The position numbers and the translations under genes are program-made. The notes beneath the pieces were generated by a model. That model saw only the letters and a list, made by a program, of their open reading frames with translations, was not told where the DNA came from and ran no database searches. From positions 64,001 through 128,000 of the forward strand of contig CAWAAX010000011.1 in assembly GCA_963780225.1 (NCBI GenBank): a stretch of DNA of 64,000 bases, read 5' to 3'. Below, one piece after another: positions 20,014 to 29,972 of the stretch (the first letter of the stretch is position 1; the number at the start of each line of letters is the position of its first letter). Source of the stretch: an uncultured bacterium. Its GTDB lineage: Bacteria > Edwardsbacteria > AC1 > EtOH8.

Positions 20014-22278
20014 TTGATGAGGGTCATGCATTTGAATCAAGATGTAAAAACCAGGACCAGCGAGTCCAATATTTATGAGCTGATAGACCTGCTATGGCGG
20101 CGGCGGTTACTGATAATCTCCTGTCTGTTGGGAGTGGTGTTGCCCATCGCCCTGGCGAATTTTACCATGCCTCCGGTCTATGAGGCCCAGACCACCATCA
20201 TCTTTGAGCAAAGTCGTGATCCGCTGCCGGCATTTGATATCTCCGAGGCCTTCTCCCGCAAAAGCTACATTGTTAATCAGATAGAAGAGATAAAGTCCCG
20301 CACCCTGGCCGAGGAAGTGGTCCGGCTTTTGGACCCGGAATATGCCTTGTTACTGCTGCGGGGAAGGGACCATGGCCTGAGCCCCGAGCGGCAAAACTAC
20401 CGGCTGACCCAGATCATCAAAAAAAGCATCACCGCCGAACCCATCCGGGATTCCGACGTGATCTTGGTGAAAGTACAGGGCCCCACCCCGGAAGCAGCCT
20501 CTAACATAGCCAATCTGGTAGCTGAGGTCATCAAGGAACGCAGCGCTTCCGTCAAGCGGGAACAGGCCTCCTCCACCCGCAAATTCATTGAGGCCCAGCT
20601 GCCCTCGGTGGAGGCCACCCTCAACAAAGCCGAGGAAGCCATAAAAAATTTCAAATCCCAGAACCAGGTGGTCTCGCTTTCCGACGAAGGCAAGGAAATT
20701 TTGTCCCGGGCCACCGAGGCCGACAAACAGCTGATCACGGCCTCCACTGAACGCCAGAGCATCGAGGGCCGGCTGACCGCCATCTACGGCCAGCTGCGGG
20801 CCCAAGGGGCTTTGACCGAAAACAGCCTGCCCCTGAGCGCCGGTTCCATGGCCGACAGCCTGCGCAGCAGCCTGGTAAATCTGCAGATGGAGATAATCAA
20901 ACTGCAGGTCAAGGGCTATTCCCCCGACCATCCCCAGATCAAGAACCTCAATGCCCAGATCGCCAATGTCAAGTCCCGGCTGCTGGAGGAACTGCAGAAG
21001 ATCACCCAGAAGAACCGGCTTTCGCCGATGCCGCAGATCCAGTCGCTGCTGGACCAGATCCCGCCGCTGGAGATCCAACGGGCAACAATGACGGCCCGGG
21101 AAACAGCATTAAAGACCATCCTGTCGCAATATGATTTTGGCCTTTCCAAACTTCCCAACAAGGAATTACAGCTGGCCCGTTTGCTACGGGCCAAGGAAGT
21201 AGGCGAAAGCGTTTACCGCCTGCTGCTAGTGAAGCACGAGGAGGCCAAGATCACCGAGGCTGGAAAGATCGGCAACGTCCGGGTGATAGATCAGGCCCAG
21301 CCGCCCCAATTCCCCATCAAGCCCCGCAAGGTGCTGAATTTCGCCATCGGCCTGGTGGTGGGGATCACGCTGGGTGTGGGGCTGTCATTCTTTTTGGATT
21401 CCCTTGATAATTCGGTGAAAACGGTGGAGGACATCGAGCATAACTTTGAACTGCCGGTGCTGGGATTGATCCCTGCTATTCATTCCGAGAACGGGAAAAG
21501 CCATCGCAAAAACGGAGGAGACGAGGTGGCCCGGATCTCGGCCACCCTGGTGACCAAATACACTCCGCGTTCCCATGTCTCGGAGGCTTACCGCTCGTTG
21601 CGAACCAACATCCAGTTCTCCCGGATAGACGATCCCTTGAAAACTGTGGTCGTATCCTCGGCCGCACCCTCGGAAGGCAAATCGACCTCGGCCGCCAACC
21701 TGGCCATCACCACCGCCCTGTCCGGCATCCGCACCCTGCTGGTGGACGCCGATCTGAGAAGACCGGTGATTCACTCGCTTTTCGGGCTGGAACGGGAACC
21801 GGGATTAAGCAACCTGCTGGCCGAACGGCTGCCGTTGGAGAAAGTAGTCCGGCCTTCTGGAATCGAGAATCTTTCCATTTTGACCTGCGGGGCCATCCCG
21901 CCTAACCCCTCGGAACTGCTGGGCTCACAGAGAATGCGCGACCTGATCAAGCTGCTGAGCCAGCAATTTGACCTGGTGCTGTTCGACAGCCCGCCGGTGA
22001 TCACCGTCACCGACACCGCAGTCTTAAGCCCCCAGGTGGACGGGCTGGTGCTGGTGGTCAAGTCTCACGCTACCGACAAACGGGCGTTATTGCGAGCCAA
22101 GACAATCCTGACCAACCTCAAGGCCAATATTTTGGGCGTGGTGCTCAATAAAATAGAGCTTTCCGGCCTGGCCGGCAGTTACGATTATTACTACCACTAC
22201 AATTATTACTACACCGATGACGGCTCCAAGAAGAAACGGGACCGGCAGCATAAATGGTGGAATGTTTTGAAAAGTTGA
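20014..22278 (+). CDS. wzc: polysaccharide co-polymerase / tyrosine autokinase
   Basis: Wzz-like N-terminus, EAYRSLRTN, PSEGKST, DADLRRP, DSPP, Tyr-rich tail. Confidence 0.95.
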   Translation: MMRVMHLNQDVKTRTSESNIYELIDLLWRRRLLIISCLLGVVLPIALANFTMPPVYEAQTTIIFEQSRDPLPAFDISEAFSRKSYIVNQIEEIKSRTLAEEVVRLLDPEYALLLLRGRDHGLSPERQNYRLTQIIKKSITAEPIRDSDVILVKVQGPTPEAASNIANLVAEVIKERSASVKREQASSTRKFIEAQLPSVEATLNKAEEAIKNFKSQNQVVSLSDEGKEILSRATEADKQLITASTERQSIEGRLTAIYGQLRAQGALTENSLPLSAGSMADSLRSSLVNLQMEIIKLQVKGYSPDHPQIKNLNAQIANVKSRLLEELQKITQKNRLSPMPQIQSLLDQIPPLEIQRATMTARETALKTILSQYDFGLSKLPNKELQLARLLRAKEVGESVYRLLLVKHEEAKITEAGKIGNVRVIDQAQPPQFPIKPRKVLNFAIGLVVGITLGVGLSFFLDSLDNSVKTVEDIEHNFELPVLGLIPAIHSENGKSHRKNGGDEVARISATLVTKYTPRSHVSEAYRSLRTNIQFSRIDDPLKTVVVSSAAPSEGKSTSAANLAITTALSGIRTLLVDADLRRPVIHSLFGLEREPGLSNLLAERLPLEKVVRPSGIENLSILTCGAIPPNPSELLGSQRMRDLIKLLSQQFDLVLFDSPPVITVTDTAVLSPQVDGLVLVVKSHATDKRALLRAKTILTNLKANILGVVLNKIELSGLAGSYDYYYHYNYYYTDDGSKKKRDRQHKWWNVLKS

Positions 22279-22288
22279 GATATAGACC

Positions 22289-22326
22289 AAAACCCCCGGC
22301 GTTTCATATAAACGCCGGGGGTTTTT
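22289..22326. terminator. bidirectional terminator
   Basis: aaaacccccggcgttt-catat-aaacgccgggggttttt between convergent genes. Confidence 0.88.
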
Positions 22327-22364
22327 AATCATTTTTAACTTCGGTGCCTCACACCTTCGATATT

Positions 22365-23536
22365 TCAGACCTTCCGAATAGTCTCCTTGACCGCAATCCC
22401 ACGTTTCTTGAAATCCCTGATGAACAGCACCGGGTCAATGGACCTCTCCAGCGGCACCGCGCCTCTGGGCGCCAGCCCCTGCACCAGAGTGATGAGCCAC
22501 GATGGCCGCCGGGAACCCGGTGGTCCGCTCCATGGCGGTGAACCCGGTCCGGTCGTCCTGGAAGTCAATGATGTCTATTTTGGCCTCCACTTTTTTGCCC
22601 TTCAGCTTTCCCAGGGCCGTTACCCGCAGTACTATCAGGTCCTTGTCCTTGGGGAAGTCTATAGCCTTGGTGATCAAGGCATGGCTTAAGCGGCGGGGTA
22701 TGACCTTCTGGCCCTTGACCTCCAGCGGGACCTGGTCGAAGAAGCCCAGCTCCAGCAGAGTCTTGATCTTCTGGTGGTGCCCCGGGTAACGCACCGTCTT
22801 GTAGTCATACTCCTTTACCTTGCCGGCGAAGGTCCAGGGCGCGGTGGAAGTGCCGCCGCTGGTGACGAAGGCCTCGCACCTGCCCACCGGCTTGGGGAAC
22901 TCTATGGCCTCCAGCCCGTCAAAGGTCGGGACCTTGGCCACCTTGCCGTTCCTGACGATGTAGGCATCGCCGAAATATTCGTTGATCAGGCCTTCCACCG
23001 AGAACACTAATTTGTAGTTCAGCGGTCCCTTGGGTTTTTGGGGCAGCCCTCCGCAGCGCATGTGGATCTCGTCCACCTTGTCCAATTTGTTGATGAAGTA
23101 GGCGGCCAGGGTGTTGCCCATGCCCGGCATCAGCCCGGTGTCCGGCACGATGGTAATGCCCTTGGCCTTGGCCTTGGCTGTGAAGCGACAGCTCTTTCAA
23201 CACCACATCAGTGTTGCCGCCCAGGTCACAGAAATTGGCTCCGGCCTCCACCGCGGCCTTGGCCACCCCATAATTGTAATGGTAAGGCACAGCGCTGACC
23301 ACGCAGTCGGCCCCGGCGAAGAGTTTTTTGAGCGCTGCCGGATTCCCAGCGTCGGCCTTGACCGCCTTGGAAATCCCTGATTTTACTAGCCTGTTGACCC
23401 TGGCCGCCCCGGTTTGGGCCAGTTTCAGGTCGTAGTCGGCCAATATGACCGACTTGGCCTGGCAGAATTTTGCCAGGTCGTAGGCTATGGCCACACCTTG
23501 GCGACCAGCCCCTAAGACGATATATTTGTATTTCAT
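22365..23536 (-). CDS. saccharopine dehydrogenase / lysine 6-dehydrogenase family protein (two frameshifts, near 23180 and 22490)
   Basis: GAGRQG Rossmann motif, DLGGN, G.MPG, GGLPQ, KTVRYPGH and TAMERTTG lie across three consecutive frames. Confidence 0.85.
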
Positions 23537-23800
23537 ATTTTAATTATACCCCAAGAGCCGTAATTTGTCAAAATTTATTTTTGTTTTGGTTGCATAATTT
23601 GCCCCGGCCATATATAATTAACCTGTCATACTGAGACTGACACCCTGGACGCCAAACCGAAGAATGATGCCTGATTCATCCCTCAAATTATCAGGCCTAT
23701 GTTTATCCGGGATGACATGTCCCTGATGTCATCCTGGACCAAGCGCCCTGATCGGCAATCCGAAGACTCTCTCTGGTTCTTAATTCCTAAACGAAACATC

Positions 23801-24190
23801 ATGCTGAACAACCTCCGACAAAAGGCGGAAGACCTTAAAAAAGAGACCTATGCCCTGTTCCTGGCCTACCGGGACCCCAGGGTTCCCTGGTACGCCAAGG
23901 CGGTGGCGGCGGCCACCGTGGCCTACGCCGTCAGCCCCATTGACCTGATCCCGGATTTCATCCCGGTGCTGGGCTTGTTGGACGACCTGGTGCTGGTGCC
24001 TTTGGGGATTACCCTTGCGGTCAGGCTCATTCCGGCAGAGATAATGGCGGAATGCCGGCAGAAAGCCCATCAGAAATTACAGGGAACAGGTTCGCTGGGC
24101 CGCAAAGCGGCGATTGTGGTGGTGCTGATCTGGCTGCTGGGTCTGGCGTTGTTGGTATGGATGATCCTTAAAGCGATGGGAAAGCATTGA
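23801..24190 (+). CDS. YkvA/DUF1232 family protein
   Basis: YAVSPIDLIPDFIPVLGLLDD. Confidence 0.92.
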   Translation: MLNNLRQKAEDLKKETYALFLAYRDPRVPWYAKAVAAATVAYAVSPIDLIPDFIPVLGLLDDLVLVPLGITLAVRLIPAEIMAECRQKAHQKLQGTGSLGRKAAIVVVLIWLLGLALLVWMILKAMGKH

Positions 24191-24678
24191 TGCTGACGGT
24201 TCCAAAGATAACAAAGCTTTTAAAGCTCCAGCCCCTGCCCCAGGAAGGCGGGCTTTACCGGGAGACCTACCGTTCGGCCTTGAAAGTGGTCCGCGGGCCC
24301 GGGACCAAACGCAATATAGGAACCTCAATTTACTATCTGATAACGCCGGATAGATTTTCGGCCATGCACCTGGTTTGCTCCGATGAGATCTTTCACTTTT
24401 ATATTGGCGATCCGGTGGAAATGCTGATGTTGTACCCCGGCGGCAGGTCCAGGATAGTGATCCTGGGGCCGGATATCGAAAAAGGCCAGCATCCTCAGTT
24501 CCTGGTTCCCAAGAATGTCTGGCAGGGCTCGCGGTTGCTGAACGCCGGAAGATTTGCCCTGCTGGGCACCACTGTTTTCCCGGGCTTCGATTTCGCCGAT
24601 TACCGGCAGGGCCGCCGGAAAGAACTATTGAAACTGTATCCTGGACAAAAAGACCTGATAACAAAATTAACAGTTTGA
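24190..24678 (+). CDS. cupin DUF985 family protein
   Basis: EGGLYRETYRS, TSIYYL, SDEIFHFY.G, V.PGFDF.D. Confidence 0.92.
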   Translation: MLTVPKITKLLKLQPLPQEGGLYRETYRSALKVVRGPGTKRNIGTSIYYLITPDRFSAMHLVCSDEIFHFYIGDPVEMLMLYPGGRSRIVILGPDIEKGQHPQFLVPKNVWQGSRLLNAGRFALLGTTVFPGFDFADYRQGRRKELLKLYPGQKDLITKLTV

Positions 24679-24685
24679 TCACATC

Positions 24686-25486
24686 ATGTTCAAAAACCTG
24701 AGCATCCCCGTTAAACGGCTGTATCTCCAGATAGCCGCCGTCATCGTCACCAACAGCTATTTTTTGGCGCCTTATCTGAAATACCTGCCCTGCCCGTCGT
24801 TGAACTGCTACGCCTGCCCTGCGGCCAGTTTCGCCTGTCCCATCGGGAGCCTGCAGCACTTCGTGATCATCGGGGTCTTTCCCTTCTTTTTGCTGGGGAT
24901 ACTGTTCCTGGTGGGAGGTCTGGCCGGGCGTTGGGCCTGCGGTTATTTGTGCCCCTTTGGCCTGTTCCAGGACCTGCTGGCCAAAATAAGACGGGCCAAG
25001 CTGGCCATGCCATCCTGGCTGGGCTGGGGACGGTATGTTTCGCTGATAGGAGTAGCGATAATAATCCCGGCCATAACCAAGGAACCCTGGTTCAGCAAGC
25101 TCTGCCCGGCCGGCACGCTGGAGGCGGGGATACCGATAGTAGGCTGGGCCTTCTTCAAGACCAAGGCGCTGGGGCAGTATTCAACCATTCTAGGAATGAC
25201 CGGCTGGCTGTTTTGGATCAAGGTCGTTCTGCTGGCCGGGACCATCGCGGCCGCCATTTACATCAAGCGCCCCTTCTGCCGGTTCATCTGCCCGCTGGGA
25301 GCCATCTTTGGGCTGTTCAACCGGGTGTCCCTGCTGCAGATCAAGGTGAACCATCACGCTCCGCACCTGCCGGCCGACTGCCGCAAACTTTGCCCGGTGG
25401 ACATTGATATCAGAAAGGACCCGGTCTCGGCCAAGTGCATCCGGTGCATGCAATGCACCAAGTGCCCGGGAGTAACGCGGAAATAA
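24686..25486 (+). CDS. membrane 4Fe-4S binding protein (NapH/MauN-like)
   Basis: GRWACGYLCPFG, RPFCRFICPLG, CIRCMQC. Confidence 0.9.
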   Translation: MFKNLSIPVKRLYLQIAAVIVTNSYFLAPYLKYLPCPSLNCYACPAASFACPIGSLQHFVIIGVFPFFLLGILFLVGGLAGRWACGYLCPFGLFQDLLAKIRRAKLAMPSWLGWGRYVSLIGVAIIIPAITKEPWFSKLCPAGTLEAGIPIVGWAFFKTKALGQYSTILGMTGWLFWIKVVLLAGTIAAAIYIKRPFCRFICPLGAIFGLFNRVSLLQIKVNHHAPHLPADCRKLCPVDIDIRKDPVSAKCIRCMQCTKCPGVTRK

Positions 25487-25500
25487 CAGGAGGAGACAAG

Positions 25501-25535
25501 AAAAGCCCGAAGGATTTTGTCCTTCGGGCTTTTTA
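25501..25535 (+). terminator. rho-independent terminator
   Basis: aaaagcccgaagga-ttttg-tccttcgggcttttt. Confidence 0.85.
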
Positions 25536-25623
25536 ATTTAATATTAAATGACTATTTACCTTGCTCGGGAAAAGTAGAGATAAAATAATGGGGCTGTTAA
25601 AAACGTAGGACTATTATCATCAT

Positions 25624-25851
25624 GTTCTTTTTCTTTTTTGTGCCGCCAACTAAGAAAAAGAACCAAAAAGAAAAAAGCTCGTCGCTTAAAACTCTCCTGG
25701 CCACGCTTACGCTAAAGCTTCAGCGGGCCCGCGCTGCGCTTCTCGTTGCTGGCGGGCTTGTCTGAACTCGGGCTTTAGCCAAGCCCTCAAACACGCCAGA
25801 CAAGCTTTTTCCGCCATCAACTGCGATGCTCACTGATCGTTTTAACGCGAC
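25624..25851. repeat. multi-stem palindromic intergenic element
   Basis: Several nested complementary pairs (detailed in findings). Confidence 0.55.
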
Positions 25852-25919
25852 ATACCGAGGTTGGCACCGGGTATTTAAACAGTTTCCTGAGCTAATTTGA
25901 TAGACATTTAATATTGTTT

Positions 25920-26546
25920 CTATGGCGTTGTATACCTAAACACCTCCCCAAACATGAAATACAGCGCACCGGCCAGATCCTCCCTGCTTTGGCGCTCCCC
26001 CCTTTTACGCAAATAATCGTTGATTATCTCACCCCGGTCGTTCTTGTAGTCATAGGGATGCCGCAGGTTCATCTTGATCCGGCCCACCCGGCCCGACCCG
26101 TAATGCAGGATGACAACCGTTCCGTCCTCCTGCACCTCCTCCACCAGTCCCACGTGGGTGATCTTGTCGTAGCTGTTCTCCAGCGTGTTCTTGAAAAACA
26201 CCACGTCGGCCGGCTGAGGGGGCATGTCTCCGTAGACCAAGTTCCGGTCGTTCAGGGTCAGGTACAGCGACTCAGAAAGGGGACGGCCAGGGCGGACATA
26301 GCTGTATTTGATCTTCCGGCCCATCACGGCATAAACGCCGTTTACATATCCCGAGCAATCATTCTTGAATCGGCCGTCCATCTCGCTCAATCGCTTCACG
26401 CCGATAAGACTTTTGGCATAATTGACCAAAGCCAGCCGGGCCTGCATTTCCTCGCCGGCCAGGCCCTTTCTCTGGACATAGGCCGGAGAGCAGGACACAC
26501 ACAGCGCCGCGGTCAAGAGCATCAAACTATGCCGCCAGTATCTCAT
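25920..26546 (-). CDS. NlpC/P60/CHAP-family lipoprotein
   Basis: Lipobox-like LCVSC, DCSGYV, DVVFF, THVGLV. Confidence 0.85.
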   Translation of the reverse strand: MRYWRHSLMLLTAALCVSCSPAYVQRKGLAGEEMQARLALVNYAKSLIGVKRLSEMDGRFKNDCSGYVNGVYAVMGRKIKYSYVRPGRPLSESLYLTLNDRNLVYGDMPPQPADVVFFKNTLENSYDKITHVGLVEEVQEDGTVVILHYGSGRVGRIKMNLRHPYDYKNDRGEIINDYLRKRGERQSREDLAGALYFMFGEVFRYTTP

Positions 26547-27475
26547 GCCTTCCTCCCGTAAGGAACATATTTCTTGAACCAATGGAAGCCGAACTTCTCC
26601 ATCATTTTCAGATACCCGTCATTGCCTTCCGGCATGTAGTCTGCGTAGTAGTGCAGGCCGAAGTAGCGCTGGGCCGGGTTGATGTATCCCTGTTTTTGGA
26701 TCCTGGTCAGGGCCCTTTTGACCAGGGCCGGGCCGCCGGTCTTGAGACAGACCCTCTCCATGGATTTGAGCCTTTCCGGGGTGATGGCCACCTTCATCCC
26801 GGGATATTTATCCTCGAAGGCCTTGACCAATTCCCGGCCGCTCAAATCCCGGTATCTTTCGGAATGAACCATGACCTTTACCGGGAGTTTTTTGCGGGGC
26901 ACCGGTTTTGCCTTGGGATATCCCAGACAAAGCAATACCACCGGGAAGACCCCCTGGGGCAGTTTGAACATTTTTTTGAGCGCCGGAAAGAACTCCAGCA
27001 CCGTCCCAATGTAGCAGCATCCCAGGCCCAGGGCGTCAGCCGCAGTGCAGATATTCTGGGCGCTGATGATGGTGTCCTGAAACGAGATCCAGAAATGGCG
27101 GAAGGAACTGGCGGCGGTGAAGGGCGCATCGGACAGCTTTGACCAGCGCTCCAGCCTGCGCCAGTCTATGCAGAACAGAAGATTGACCGGGGCCTGGCCC
27201 ACAAAAGGCTGCCCGCAGAGCTTGGCCAGTTTGGCGTTGGTCGTCTTGTTCTCTATTTTGACAATGGAATATGGCTGCAGGTTCCCCCCGGTGGGTGCGT
27301 GGATGCCGGCCTTGAGCACCTGTTCAAGTATTCCGGCCGGTATTTTTTTATCCAAATAGCTGCGGCAGCTTCCCCGCTCCAGAAGCAGTCTGATGGTGGG
27401 GTTGGTGTACCTGGATGAGGCTTGCTCCTTTACTCCGTGATGCGACTGCATTTTATTACTGCTCCTTGCTTTCAA
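26543..27475 (-). CDS. nitroreductase family protein
   Basis: R.SCRSY, APTGGNLQPY, AADALGLGCCYIG, LCLGYP. Confidence 0.92.
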   Translation of the reverse strand: MKARSSNKMQSHHGVKEQASSRYTNPTIRLLLERGSCRSYLDKKIPAGILEQVLKAGIHAPTGGNLQPYSIVKIENKTTNAKLAKLCGQPFVGQAPVNLLFCIDWRRLERWSKLSDAPFTAASSFRHFWISFQDTIISAQNICTAADALGLGCCYIGTVLEFFPALKKMFKLPQGVFPVVLLCLGYPKAKPVPRKKLPVKVMVHSERYRDLSGRELVKAFEDKYPGMKVAITPERLKSMERVCLKTGGPALVKRALTRIQKQGYINPAQRYFGLHYYADYMPEGNDGYLKMMEKFGFHWFKKYVPYGRKA

Positions 27476-27679
27476 TGGGTTTATCCGGTTCCGTCATCAT
27501 TCGTTTATATTTAAAGTCAAATGTCTGGTCATATAATTCCTGCAACGGGGACATTCCCCGGGCATAACAATCTTTATTGCCGGTGATATCGTAGATCGCT
27601 TAATACTCTACAAAACAATTTATAGACATTGCTCGGTATAAGCTCATTCCCAAGATGTTTACCGGTCTGTTTTGAGCTG

Positions 27680-28108
27680 TCAATCTTCGGTATTCCTAAC
27701 TTTTCCCCGCAGTGATTTGGTGCTGCCTTGTTTCTTCTTTTCATCCATCCGTCTGGCCCGGGAAGCTTTACTGGGCTTAGTCTTGCGGCGAATCTTGGGT
27801 CTAACGGCCGCCAGCCGTAGGATCTCCGCCAGCCGCTCTCTGGCTTCCAGACGGTTGGCCTCGCGGGTCCGGTGGTTGCGGGCGTCGATGACCAGAAAAC
27901 CATCCAGGTTGATCCGGTTCCGGTAAAGGGAAAACAGCCGCTGCTTCACTTCCGCCGTCAGTGAAAGGCTGCCGGCCGCATTGAACTTCAGCTTGACCGC
28001 GGTGGCCACCTTGTTGACGTTCTGGCCGCCCGGCCCCGAAGCCCGGATGAATTCCTCGGCCAGCTCGTCCTCGGATATCATTATGTTCTGGTTGACCGTT
28101 AACGCCAT
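27680..28108 (-). CDS. arfB: alternative ribosome rescue peptidyl-tRNA hydrolase
   Basis: RASGPGGQNVNKV and a basic C-terminal tail. Confidence 0.95.
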   Translation of the reverse strand: MALTVNQNIMISEDELAEEFIRASGPGGQNVNKVATAVKLKFNAAGSLSLTAEVKQRLFSLYRNRINLDGFLVIDARNHRTREANRLEARERLAEILRLAAVRPKIRRKTKPSKASRARRMDEKKKQGSTKSLRGKVRNTED

Positions 28109-28180
28109 TTGGCAGCACGCTCTTCAATCATTATTTGTCTTTTGGCAAGCTAATCCCCTGGGAAGGCCAGGAAACGGATG

Positions 28181-28276
28181 TTATTTCTCTTTTAACACCA
28201 GGGCGAAACTATAAACCGTCAAGAATATTATCAGCCCCCAGGAGAAGATCATGAACAATATTCCCCATGCGTTCAT
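28181..28276 (-). CDS. 31-aa single-TM protein, putative MetS-like NSS transporter small subunit
   Basis: MNAWGILFMIFSWGLIIFLTVYSFALVLKEK, AGGAGG RBS, just downstream of the NSS gene; absent from the ORF track. Confidence 0.75.
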   Translation of the reverse strand: MNAWGILFMIFSWGLIIFLTVYSFALVLKEK

Positions 28277-28311
28277 TTTATGCTCCCTCCTTGTTATGAT
28301 ATTTCGAGTAT

Positions 28312-29874
28312 TTATGTATTATTTTGTCCTTTGCCCTTGCGCTTCCAGGCCCAGGCCACCAGAGCCATTATCACCGCCCACAAACCGAACACCAGCCCCC
28401 GGGCGGCCCACTGGTACGGCTGGTCGGCCGGGGCCACCCCCTTCATAGCGATGAACGGCCAGAACTGCTGATAGGACCAGACCCCCAGCAGGATCAGCAG
28501 ATAGGCCGGGGTCACGTATTTGATGATGGGTTTGTAAATCGCGGGGATCCTCATCTGGGAGCCCTGATGCATCTCCTTCCATCCTTTTTCTATCCCGAAT
28601 ACCCAGGAAAACAAGATGATCTCGATGGTGGCGAACACCACCAGGAACAGGGTGCCGCCCCAGAAATCCAGCTCGTCCACGAAGCCGTGGCCCAGGAAGA
28701 AGATGGCGGGCAGGCAGGCCGCCAACGAGACGGCTCCCAGCACCAGCACCGACCTTTTCCGGTTCCATTTCAGCTCGTCCTCCAGGAACGAGATGGCCGG
28801 CTGGATCAGGGAGACCGAGGAGGTGATGCCGGCTATGAACAGCAGCAGGAACCACAGGCCGGAGAAGATGAAGCCCAGGGGAATTTTCCCGAAGATCATG
28901 GGCATGGTCACAAAGCCCAGGTTGAAGGTGCCGCTTTGGGCGGCCGTTAAAGCCCCCGAGGCCCCGCCCAGAAAGATGAAGGCCGCCGGGATCACTATGG
29001 AGCCTCCCAGGATCACTTCGCAAAACTCGTTGGTGGCCGAAGCGCTCAGCCCCGAGAGGACCACGTCGTCGTTCTTTTTAAGATAGCTGGCATAGGTCAG
29101 GATCACTCCGATCCCCACCGAAAGGGTGAAGAATATCTGGCCGGCGGCTTCTATCCAGACCCTGGCATTGGAGAGTTGGGAGAAGTCCGGGTTCCAGACA
29201 AAGCCCAGGGCGTTCTTCACCGAAAGTTCCGGCAACGCCGGGTCCGGAGTCCCCAGTGACAGCACCCGGATGGCCAGCAGGATCCCTATAGCTATCAGCA
29301 CCGGCATTCCGTACTTGGAAAGTTTTTCTATTCCCCCCTGGATCCCCTTATAGATAAAGTAGAAATTGAATAAAAAGGTAATGGCAAAGAATGCCAGGGC
29401 CGGGGCCAGTGACGAGAAATACTGGTTCTGAGCCAGGCCCTGAAAACCCGACAGGAAGGCCTTCATCTCGGCCTGGCCGGCCCCGAACGGCAGGTGCCCG
29501 GTGAAGGAATACCAGGCATAGGCCAGGGTCCAGGATTCGATGTACATATAATAGATCAGGATGACGAATGGTCCCAGCACCCCGATGGTCCCCAGGTATT
29601 TGGCCCAGCGCCCGGTCCCGTCCAGCTTGTCAAACATGCCGGGAGCGGTCCCGTGGCCGCGTTCGCCTCCCATCCGGCCCAGGGTCCATTCCACCCACAT
29701 CAGGGGGATTCCCAAAAGCAGAAAGGCAACAAAATAGGGGATCATAAAGGCCCCGCCGCCGTTGAGCACCGCCTTGGCCGGGAAACGTAAGAAGTTCCCC
29801 AGCCCCACCGCGCTTCCGGCCACAGCCAGAATGACCCCCAGCTTGGAGCCCCATTGTTCGCGTTTCTCAGACAT
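28312..29874 (-). CDS. sodium-dependent transporter (NSS/LeuT family)
   Basis: REQW.S, GSAVGLGNFLRFP, NGGGAFMIPY, QIFFTLS. Confidence 0.96.
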   Translation of the reverse strand: MSEKREQWGSKLGVILAVAGSAVGLGNFLRFPAKAVLNGGGAFMIPYFVAFLLLGIPLMWVEWTLGRMGGERGHGTAPGMFDKLDGTGRWAKYLGTIGVLGPFVILIYYMYIESWTLAYAWYSFTGHLPFGAGQAEMKAFLSGFQGLAQNQYFSSLAPALAFFAITFLFNFYFIYKGIQGGIEKLSKYGMPVLIAIGILLAIRVLSLGTPDPALPELSVKNALGFVWNPDFSQLSNARVWIEAAGQIFFTLSVGIGVILTYASYLKKNDDVVLSGLSASATNEFCEVILGGSIVIPAAFIFLGGASGALTAAQSGTFNLGFVTMPMIFGKIPLGFIFSGLWFLLLFIAGITSSVSLIQPAISFLEDELKWNRKRSVLVLGAVSLAACLPAIFFLGHGFVDELDFWGGTLFLVVFATIEIILFSWVFGIEKGWKEMHQGSQMRIPAIYKPIIKYVTPAYLLILLGVWSYQQFWPFIAMKGVAPADQPYQWAARGLVFGLWAVIMALVAWAWKRKGKGQNNT

Positions 29875-29972
29875 ACCCTCTCCTCTTAAACGCTTGAATA
29901 TTGAATTTAGGAGTCTGAATACAGAACAACCATTCTGTATTCAGACTACAATCTTCTGTATTCCGGGTCAGA

